Positions 57,513 to 64,000 of a DNA stretch of 64,000 nucleotides are shown here, piece by piece. Position 1 is the first letter of the stretch. Each line of letters starts with the position of its first letter. The translations under genes and the position numbers were made by a program. The notes under the pieces are model-generated. The model was given only the letters and a program-made list of their open reading frames with translations, searched no databases and was not told the DNA's origin. Source of the DNA: an uncultured Candidatus Saccharibacteria bacterium (lineage in GTDB: Bacteria > Patescibacteriota > Doudnabacteria > UBA920); the NCBI GenBank assembly GCA_964416765.1, contig CAYQEU010000001.1:130541-194540 (forward strand). Reading direction: 5' to 3'.

Positions 57513-58229
57513 GTGTATAATATAGTTATGTTGGTCAAAGACCTAATGACACCAAAGGAAAGGGTAATAAGCGTTAAGCCCACTACTTTAATCAGTGAAG
57601 TAGCGGAGATTTTGCACACTCGGCGTATTACCGGGGTCCCGGTGGTTAATGACGGGGGAAGAGTGTTAGGCACGATTTCCGAACGGGATTTTATAACTTC
57701 CAGCTCCGATATTTACCTCCCAACTTATATAAAGCTTTTGTCCAATATGGATTACGTGCAGGGCGGCAAGAAAGAGTTACCCTATGTGGCAAACCAGATT
57801 GTCCGAGCCACGGCTGACAGTATCATGAACCAGAAAGTAACCTTCGTTCATCCTGAAACCACCCTGGAACAATTAGCCGCGGTATTCGCGTATGACCGGG
57901 TCAATCCGGTGCCGGTGACCGACAAAAATAACCAGCTTCTCGGAATCATTTCCCGGAGCGACTTAATTAGGTTTTATTCACCGTCGCAAGTCCAGGAGTC
58001 TTATGTCGCCGAGAATAGGGAGCGCATGATAGACCAGCAGGTAAAATACACCCAGACTTTTTACAGTTCCAAGTTCGCGTACGTGGCGAAAGCACGCGCT
58101 AACATTTGGCTGACTACCGCGATTGTGCTTTTCCTGGTTGGGTTTGTTGCGGGGATAATATACGTGGCTAATCCGGCCGCTTTCCAAAAAGAGGACAGCA
58201 ACGTGCCTATTAACGCTAACATCCCATGA
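57513..58229 (+). CDS. CBS-pair domain protein with C-terminal TM anchor
   Basis: Two CBS motifs; C-terminal hydrophobic helix. Confidence 0.6.
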   Translation: MYNIVMLVKDLMTPKERVISVKPTTLISEVAEILHTRRITGVPVVNDGGRVLGTISERDFITSSSDIYLPTYIKLLSNMDYVQGGKKELPYVANQIVRATADSIMNQKVTFVHPETTLEQLAAVFAYDRVNPVPVTDKNNQLLGIISRSDLIRFYSPSQVQESYVAENRERMIDQQVKYTQTFYSSKFAYVAKARANIWLTTAIVLFLVGFVAGIIYVANPAAFQKEDSNVPINANIP

Positions 58230-58255
58230 AGAAAACGCGGCGAACTGCCGCGTTT

Positions 58256-58846
58256 TTAGTTTGACCGGTAAACTGCACGATACCGCCGAAGGATCGTGGC
58301 TATTGAAAGCAGCAGGAGCAAAACAAAAATTGAATTCAGAACCGCGAGGTTGCCAACATGGCCGTAGGGCATCAAGATATAGCAGAGTAAGGCAATCCCA
58401 ATCAACACCAAACGCTGAACCCGCTCAATGGGCCCTTTACCGAGCGATTTTTCATTGAGACCGTGGGCGCCGCCGCTCGCCTTAATATAGCTGATCATAA
58501 AAGAAGCGATTACCAAACTTATGGCAAGCGGCCAGGAACACAACCCAGCGAAACTAAAAGCTGAAATTATTATTGCGTCTGAAAAGCGGTCCAGGCTCGC
58601 ATCCAAAACAGCGCCAAAGGCGCTGACTTGGTTAGTGGCCCGGGCGTAAGCCCCGTCCAGGGAGTCGATCGCGGTTAGGATAAGGGCAAATATGGCCCAG
58701 CCATAGAAGTGGTTTATTAGCAGCCACAAAAAAGCGAGTGGTGGAATAACCCCTAATATCGTGATAAAATTAGGGCTGAAGCGCGGAAATTGCCGCGCTA
58801 TTTTTCCTACTAATTCATCACTGGAAGTTTTAAGCTGTTTAAACAT
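58256..58846 (-). CDS. CDP-alcohol phosphatidyltransferase family protein
   Basis: DG..AR........G...D...D motif (DGAYARATNQVSAFGAVLDASLDRFSD); 196 aa polytopic. Confidence 0.7.
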   Translation of the reverse strand: MFKQLKTSSDELVGKIARQFPRFSPNFITILGVIPPLAFLWLLINHFYGWAIFALILTAIDSLDGAYARATNQVSAFGAVLDASLDRFSDAIIISAFSFAGLCSWPLAISLVIASFMISYIKASGGAHGLNEKSLGKGPIERVQRLVLIGIALLCYILMPYGHVGNLAVLNSIFVLLLLLSIATILRRYRAVYRSN

Positions 58847-59498
58847 GGCTTACAAAATAGATTTACATACCCACTCTATTGTATCACGGGACGGCGGTAT
58901 TACCGCGCGCCAATATCGTGAGATTTTGGCTTCGAAACTTGATTATGTCGCCATAACCGACCATGATGAAATTGCCACGGAATTGATTAGCGATCAGAGA
59001 CTGGGCGAAAAAATTATTCTGGGACAAGAAATTGCCGCTCTGGAAGGTGACTTCATTGGGCTGTATTTGAAGGAAACCATACCCGAAGGTTTAAGTTTTG
59101 CCGACGCGGTCGCAGAAGTGCGCCGCCAAGCCGGGTTGGTTTACATCCCGCACCCTTGGGAGAAATGGCGCCGTGGTCTGCCGGGCGCGGTACTGGAAAA
59201 AAATAAGCATCAAATCGATATTGTCGAAGTTTTTAATGCCCGTACCCCGCGGCAGTACTATACGGACTTAGCTCTCCACTTCGCACAAAAGAATAATTTT
59301 GCCATGGCTAGTTCCAGCGACGCGCACGGTGCTTTGGGGGTGGGTTCCGCTTACTCTATAATTAAAGAAATGCCTACACGCGAAAACCTGGTACGGCTAT
59401 TGCGGGAAGGGGAGTTAGTGCGCACACATCCGCCCCTGCGCAGCTACCTCTACGCATCGTTAAATCGAGTAACCAAACGTTTTAAAAAGAATGGCTAA
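58845..59498 (+). CDS. PHP-domain phosphoesterase
   Basis: DLHTHS...DH..... metal-binding His pattern; start ATG 58845 shares CATG with divergent gene start. Confidence 0.6.
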   Translation: MAYKIDLHTHSIVSRDGGITARQYREILASKLDYVAITDHDEIATELISDQRLGEKIILGQEIAALEGDFIGLYLKETIPEGLSFADAVAEVRRQAGLVYIPHPWEKWRRGLPGAVLEKNKHQIDIVEVFNARTPRQYYTDLALHFAQKNNFAMASSSDAHGALGVGSAYSIIKEMPTRENLVRLLREGELVRTHPPLRSYLYASLNRVTKRFKKNG

Positions 59499-60012
59499 GG
59501 AAATATTGTTTGTATTTTTATTTTTTTTACCGGCAGGCATCGCTAACATGTTTCCCGTCTTCGCCGCGCGCTTGCCTCTGCTCAAGCAATGGAACACCCC
59601 TCTGGACTTTGGAGTGTCGTGGCGAGGGACCAGATTGTTAGGGAGCCATAAAACTATTCGCGGATTGGTAACGGGCATTATTGCCGCAATCGTTACTACT
59701 TTAATAATTTTTCGGTTCACTGATTTAGGACTTTCGGTAAATCCGGCGGTGTTGGGTTTACTCCTCGGTGCTGGTAGTTTGGTGGGGGACGCGGTAAAAA
59801 GCTTTTTTAAACGCCAAAGCGGTGTTCCTTCAGGCAGGGCATGGTTTCCCTTTGACCAGATAGATTATATTTTGGGAGCGATGGCGTTTACGTTCTTTTA
59901 TGTTCCGCTCTCCCTGACCCAATATTTGCTAATGCTCGTTTTGGGTTTTGTGCTCCACATTATTGTTGTGTATGTCGGTTATTTAACAAATCTTCGTGAT
60001 CAAGCCATCTAA
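59491..60012 (+). CDS. CDP-archaeol synthase-like (CarS/DUF46 family) membrane protein
   Basis: 173 aa, 4-5 TM; GDAVKSFFKRQSGV...FDQIDY matches CarS motif GDxxxSFxKRxxG...DQxD rather than CdsA PGHGG motif. Confidence 0.6.
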   Translation: MAKEILFVFLFFLPAGIANMFPVFAARLPLLKQWNTPLDFGVSWRGTRLLGSHKTIRGLVTGIIAAIVTTLIIFRFTDLGLSVNPAVLGLLLGAGSLVGDAVKSFFKRQSGVPSGRAWFPFDQIDYILGAMAFTFFYVPLSLTQYLLMLVLGFVLHIIVVYVGYLTNLRDQAI

Positions 60013-60886
60013 AAAATTTTTCCGGCTCTGGCCATACCATGTCCGCGACCTAGGTGTGAATGCGGTTACATTTATTTTGTCCATGGCGCGGCGCGGACGT
60101 CAGCCAGACTATAAAATGATCAAGGAGCTCCATTGGCACGAAGACAATGGCGCCGCCGGACCATCTTCATTTGCGGGGGATAGTATAACCGTTTTGTCCT
60201 GGAATGTGTTTAAGGGGTTCTATGAACACAAGCTGATTTCGATCATGCATGATATCATCCGGGAGCACGAGCCCGATATTATCGCTTTCCAGGAAGCTCC
60301 TATGTATCCCGATGGGTCATTCTTGGAATGGCCGGAAGATTTCCCCCCAGCGTCAATGACCTATATATCCAGCCAAAAGAAGCGCCCCGGGGTGTATGAG
60401 TTTGAGCATACCGGGGAATTGACTGCCTCACGCATGCCTCACCAGGAAGCCCAATTCCACTTGTTCCCCAAAGTCACAAACCAGATTGTGTTTAGCGATC
60501 TGGAATATTTGCATCGAAATTTTTTGTATTCCAAGTGGAGGACGAAGCGCGGAACTTTGGGACTTTATAATGTGCACATGGAAAGCGTAGCCACCCCACT
60601 GAATCGTTTGGCGGAAGTCCAGGCTTTATATGACGTTATTGAGAAGAATGATGATGATATTACCGTGGTAGCAGGGGACTTTAACACCATTATGGGTGCC
60701 ACACTGGAACCGGCAGTCCAGTTTTTCCGCAAAAAAGGGTTTGTTAACGGTCTCCGGCCCGGTTTGCCGCAGTGGGTTCCGAGGCTGGACCACATCTTCG
60801 TTAGGGGCGCTAAAAGTATAAAAACCACTATTTTACCTCGGTTAGGGTCAGACCATAAGCCGGCCATAGCCAAAATAGAACTTTAG
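59996..60886 (+). CDS. endonuclease/exonuclease/phosphatase (EEP) family protein with N-terminal TM
   Basis: WN.....(Q)E, GDFN, SDH catalytic motifs. Confidence 0.65.
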   Translation: MIKPSKKFFRLWPYHVRDLGVNAVTFILSMARRGRQPDYKMIKELHWHEDNGAAGPSSFAGDSITVLSWNVFKGFYEHKLISIMHDIIREHEPDIIAFQEAPMYPDGSFLEWPEDFPPASMTYISSQKKRPGVYEFEHTGELTASRMPHQEAQFHLFPKVTNQIVFSDLEYLHRNFLYSKWRTKRGTLGLYNVHMESVATPLNRLAEVQALYDVIEKNDDDITVVAGDFNTIMGATLEPAVQFFRKKGFVNGLRPGLPQWVPRLDHIFVRGAKSIKTTILPRLGSDHKPAIAKIEL

Positions 60887-61016
60887 GGCAGTAGGGATTT
60901 GACATTTCCTGAATATTCTTATAAAATATGACAAACAGCTAAGGTATTAACCCTAGCCCTGTTTATTAAGTCTTTAATCGGCCTAAAAAGCTTTTAGGTA
61001 AGCTCTTTTTACCTCT

Positions 61017-61349
61017 ATGACAAAGGATACCAAGGAAATTAGCAAGCCAAAAATCCGGATTAAAATTCGGGCTTATGATCATAAGCTAATTGACCAAAGT
61101 TCCCAACAAATTGTGGAAACTGCTAAGCGTACTGGTGCCCAGGTTTCTGGTCCAATTCCGCTTCCGACAGAAAAGTCGAAGTATACTGTGCTTCGTTCGA
61201 CATTCGTCCACAAAGACAGTCGTGAGCAGTTTGAAAGACGCGTACATAAGCGATTAATTGATATTTTAGATCCAACCCCGAAGACTATTGATTCATTGAC
61301 CAATTTGAATCTTCCAGCAGGGGTGGACGTCCAGATTACCGGCCAGTAG
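61017..61349 (+). CDS. rpsJ: 30S ribosomal protein S10
   Basis: [14 protein letters not shown] core with short N-terminal extension. Confidence 0.9.
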   Translation: MTKDTKEISKPKIRIKIRAYDHKLIDQSSQQIVETAKRTGAQVSGPIPLPTEKSKYTVLRSTFVHKDSREQFERRVHKRLIDILDPTPKTIDSLTNLNLPAGVDVQITGQ

Positions 61350-61489
61350 GCTAAAAAATTAAAAAGTTAGTAAATCGGTTCTGATTTCTCCCGAGCCTGA
61401 ACCGCTCCCGAATTCAGATAACTATTTACCCAAAGGTTAAGAAATTCATTTTTCATGGGTATAATAGTGTGCCCATTTTTTATTTTCAT

Positions 61490-62158
61490 ATGAACTTTAT
61501 AGTCGGCAAAAAACTCAATATGACCCAGCACTTTTTGGAAACCGGTGAAGTCATCCCGGTAACCGTTTTGAAAGTGCCTACAATGGTAGTAACCCAAGTT
61601 AAAACCGCCGACGGTAAGGACAAGTATTCCGCAGTCCAGGTCGGCGTTTCTCGTTCCGTAGGCGGAACTAAGCGCGTAAATAAGCCTTTGGCCGGCCACC
61701 TCAAAGGCACCAAAGCCGGTATCCTGACAGAATTTCGTGTTTCCGATACAGCCGATTACGAAGTAGGGAAGAAGATTGATGTTTCAAGCTTCCAAGTCGG
61801 AGAAATAGTTGACTGTATTGGTATCATGAAAGGCCGCGGTTTCGCCGGCGCTATCAAACGACATGGTTTTGCTGGGTTCCCAGCCAGCCACGGTCATGAC
61901 CGCCCACGCAGTGTGGGTTCTATTGGTATGCGTTTTCCTCAGCACGTTGCAAAGGGCCGCCGCATGGCTGGCCATATGGGTACTCAGTCCGTTACCGTAA
62001 AGAACTTACAGGTTGTTGAAGTTGATGCCGCCCGCGGTACTATTGCCGTAAAAGGCGCTGTCCCGGGAACCCGCAACGGTGTTGTCCGAATTGTTTCCAC
62101 CGGCAAAGTGAAGCCGTTGGTTCCAGAAGTTAAGGAAGACAATAAGAAGAAGAAATAA
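61490..62158 (+). CDS. rplC: 50S ribosomal protein L3
   Basis: GKKLNMTQ start region (ATG 61490 preferred over GTG 61469); conserved L3 core. Confidence 0.9.
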   Translation: MNFIVGKKLNMTQHFLETGEVIPVTVLKVPTMVVTQVKTADGKDKYSAVQVGVSRSVGGTKRVNKPLAGHLKGTKAGILTEFRVSDTADYEVGKKIDVSSFQVGEIVDCIGIMKGRGFAGAIKRHGFAGFPASHGHDRPRSVGSIGMRFPQHVAKGRRMAGHMGTQSVTVKNLQVVEVDAARGTIAVKGAVPGTRNGVVRIVSTGKVKPLVPEVKEDNKKKK

Positions 62159-62161
62159 GAC

Positions 62162-62860
62162 ATGAAGACCGCACTCTACAACCAAAAAGCAGAGAAGGTT
62201 GGCGATATTGATTTGAACGCCAAGATTTTTGAAGTTAAGGGAAGCCTTCACTTAGTTACTGAAGCTGTTCGTGTTCAGGCCTCAAACGCCCGCAAAGGTT
62301 TGGCTCACACCAAGACCCGCGGTGAAGTTTCCGGGGGCGGTAAGAAGCCATGGAAGCAAAAAGGTACTGGCCGTGCCCGTGCCGGTTCTACCCGCAGCCC
62401 GATTTGGCGCCATGGTGGCATTACTTTCGGCCCACGCTCCGAACGCAACTGGACTTTGAAGATGAACAAGAAAGCCAAGACCAAAGCTTTGTTTATGTCT
62501 TTGTCCGATAAAGCTAAAGAAGGCAATTTGATTGTTATCGATGCTATTTCTTTGGAAGCTCCAAAGACCAAAGAAATGGTTGCGATTTTGAATAACTTCC
62601 GCGATAAAGTAAATTTGGGCAACAAGCAGTTGTTCCTTCTGCCGAAGAAAGACGAAACCCTATTCCGCGCCTCCCGCAACCTGACTTATATCAAACCGTC
62701 TTTGGCTTCCAGCTTGAATGTTACTGATGTGTTGAACGCCGATTCCATTGTTTTAATGAAAGACAGTTTGCCTGTTATCGAAAAGACCTATTTGAAAGAA
62801 GTTAAGGCTAGCAAGGCTACCGCCAAGCCAGCAAAAACAGTAAAGACTGAAGCTAAATAA
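62162..62860 (+). CDS. rplD: 50S ribosomal protein L4
   Basis: 232 aa L4 core (GTGRAR, IW/RHGG region). Confidence 0.9.
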   Translation: MKTALYNQKAEKVGDIDLNAKIFEVKGSLHLVTEAVRVQASNARKGLAHTKTRGEVSGGGKKPWKQKGTGRARAGSTRSPIWRHGGITFGPRSERNWTLKMNKKAKTKALFMSLSDKAKEGNLIVIDAISLEAPKTKEMVAILNNFRDKVNLGNKQLFLLPKKDETLFRASRNLTYIKPSLASSLNVTDVLNADSIVLMKDSLPVIEKTYLKEVKASKATAKPAKTVKTEAK

Positions 62861-62861
62861 T

Positions 62862-63242
62862 ATGGCTATTTTTAACAGCAAAACTGAAGAAGAGAACAAG
62901 ACAGAAACTCCGGCAACAGAAGCCCAGGAAACTTCCTTGCCCGTTTTGAACATTGCCAAGAACCGCCGCGCTGTTGTATTCCCGCGTTTATCTGAAAAGG
63001 GCACCAACCTGGAAAAGCTGAATAAGTACGTCTTCCGTGTTGAAGGAACCGCCAATAAAGTAGAACTCCGCAAATGGTTGGAAAGCGCCTATGGCATCAA
63101 GGTAGCCAGCATTAACGTTATTACCGTAAAACCACGCAAGCGCCGTTACGGCCGCAGCGTCGGAAAGGTTTCTGGATTCAAAAAGGCGGTTGTAACTTTG
63201 AAGCCTGATAGCAAGAAAATTGAAATAGCAGAAGCAGTATAA
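62862..63242 (+). CDS. rplW: 50S ribosomal protein L23 (with N-terminal extension)
   Basis: Conserved L23 C-terminal core; about 25-aa acidic N-terminal extension. Confidence 0.85.
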   Translation: MAIFNSKTEEENKTETPATEAQETSLPVLNIAKNRRAVVFPRLSEKGTNLEKLNKYVFRVEGTANKVELRKWLESAYGIKVASINVITVKPRKRRYGRSVGKVSGFKKAVVTLKPDSKKIEIAEAV

Positions 63243-63246
63243 ATAT

Positions 63247-64000
63247 ATGGCAGTTAAACTTTACAAACCAACTACTCCAGGCCGCAGATTCGCGAGCGTA
63301 ACCGATTACTCGGTGCTGACCAAAAAGGCAAAAGCCCCGAAGTCTTTGGTCGTGTCCAAAGGACGCACTGCCGGCCGCAACAACAGCGGTAAAATTACCG
63401 TTCGCCACCATGGCGGCGGCGCGCGCAAGAAAATCCGTGTTGTTGATTTTTCCCGGCTGGACCGCGAAAACATTCCTGGAAAGGTTTCCACTGTTGAATA
63501 CGATCCGACTCGCACCGCTTTTATTTCTTTGATTACTTACAAAGACGGCGTGAAGCGCTACATCCTTACTCCCCAGGGAATGAAAGTAGGGGATGTTATC
63601 GCTTACGGTGAAAAAGCTGAAATCCTGCCGGGTAACCGGTTGCAGCTCCGCCACATCCCGCTTGGTACCGTTGTTAATGATTTGGAATTGATTCCTGGCC
63701 AGGGTGGCAAAGTTGGCCGCAGCGCCGGATCCGGCATTACCTTGCAGAACATCGAAGCCGGTTACGCTATTTTGAAAATGCCGTCTGGGGAAATCCGCCG
63801 TGTCCGCGAAACCTGTTCCGCTACTATTGGTCAATTGGCTAATGCCGACTGGATGAATGTCCGTATTGGTACCGCTGGCCGCAAGCGCCACATGGGCTGG
63901 AGACCACAGGTCCGGGGTAAAGTCATGAACCCGGTAGATCACCCTCATGGTGGTGGTGAAGGCCACAACCCGATTGGTATGAAATATCCGAAGACCCCGT
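63247..64000 (+). CDS. rplB: 50S ribosomal protein L2 (3'-truncated by window end)
   Basis: ORF runs off window end; GRNNSGKITVRHHGGG and HPHGGGEGH motifs; antisense ORF 63178..63966 in track is spurious. Confidence 0.9.
   Translation, partial: MAVKLYKPTTPGRRFASVTDYSVLTKKAKAPKSLVVSKGRTAGRNNSGKITVRHHGGGARKKIRVVDFSRLDRENIPGKVSTVEYDPTRTAFISLITYKDGVKRYILTPQGMKVGDVIAYGEKAEILPGNRLQLRHIPLGTVVNDLELIPGQGGKVGRSAGSGITLQNIEAGYAILKMPSGEIRRVRETCSATIGQLANADWMNVRIGTAGRKRHMGWRPQVRGKVMNPVDHPHGGGEGHNPIGMKYPKTP

Noticed and set aside
1-64000. CRISPR arrays, IS elements, prophage/integrase cassettes, restriction-modification or known defence systems
   Set aside because: No runs of regularly spaced direct repeats, no transposase, reverse-transcriptase or Cas-like ORFs, and no large non-coding tracts apart from those described. 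The only recombinase is a Xer-type protein with the typical Xer N-terminal domain, and there is no att-like duplication around it.

Overview
This 64 kb window is gene-dense bacterial chromosome, about 50% GC, with many 1-20 nt gene overlaps and short intergenic regions. The compact housekeeping content suggests a reduced-genome lineage, possibly Patescibacteria/CPR-like, but that is inference only. Most of the window is core housekeeping genes. I see no CRISPR array, IS element, prophage or recognisable defence/toxin cassette.

Main blocks, left to right:
- A divergent tRNA-Arg/tRNA-Lys operon and a holA-like gene.
- An AT-rich accessory stretch with small-peptide genes and a repeat-rich secreted protein.
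- typA on the minus strand.
- A stand-alone D2-only Clp-type AAA+ ATPase.
- An AI-2E transporter and an O-antigen-ligase-like gene.
- A GC-rich heme-oxygenase-like (CADD/PqqC/TenA fold) gene abutting tRNA-His.
- A 511-aa protein with no recognisable motifs, followed by a ZIP transporter, murI, an FAD-linked oxidase, a DUF1003 protein, an ABC exporter with a separately encoded C39-like peptidase, and an RsuA/RluB-type pseudouridine synthase.
- A pyrimidine cluster: pyrB divergent from pyrD-pyrE-pyrF-pyrC.
- tRNA-Arg(TCT) and tRNA-Arg(GCG), then dus and a Xer-type recombinase.
- The rpsO-pnp unit, interrupted by an extra ORF.
- A 16 kb co-directional block: tgt, glyQS, pepP-like, M16 peptidase, nfo, AI-2E, metG, tatD, leuS, tsaC/yrdC, an MFS-like membrane protein, glyA, uppP.
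- tRNA-Leu, a solo parB, tRNA-Pro, a MazG-like gene, a CAP-domain protein, a 475-bp convergent gap with a structured-RNA candidate, csp, rpmB, and an M50 protease.
- The str/S10 ribosomal supercluster: rpsL-rpsG-fusA-[orphan Phd/YefM-like]-tuf, then CBS, CDP-alcohol phosphatidyltransferase, PHP, a CarS-like gene and an EEP phosphatase, then rpsJ-rplC-rplD-rplW-rplB (partial).

Observations most worth a second look:
1. LeuRS carries an in-frame PF06821-type serine-hydrolase (GHSLGG) insertion of about 180 aa just N-terminal to an otherwise intact CP1 editing domain.
2. An archaeal-type CDP-archaeol-synthase-like gene and a CDP-alcohol phosphatidyltransferase are embedded between tuf and rpsJ.
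3. A cloverleaf-like structured RNA candidate lies next to a 32-aa hydrophobic ORF in the convergent gap.
4. A promoter-ORF-terminator module encodes a 26-aa hydrophobic peptide.
5. The tRNA-Arg(GCG)+Arg(TCG) set implies decoding of CGN codons without inosine.
6. A tRNA-Leu-parB-tRNA-Pro arrangement is followed by a 22-bp inverted repeat.
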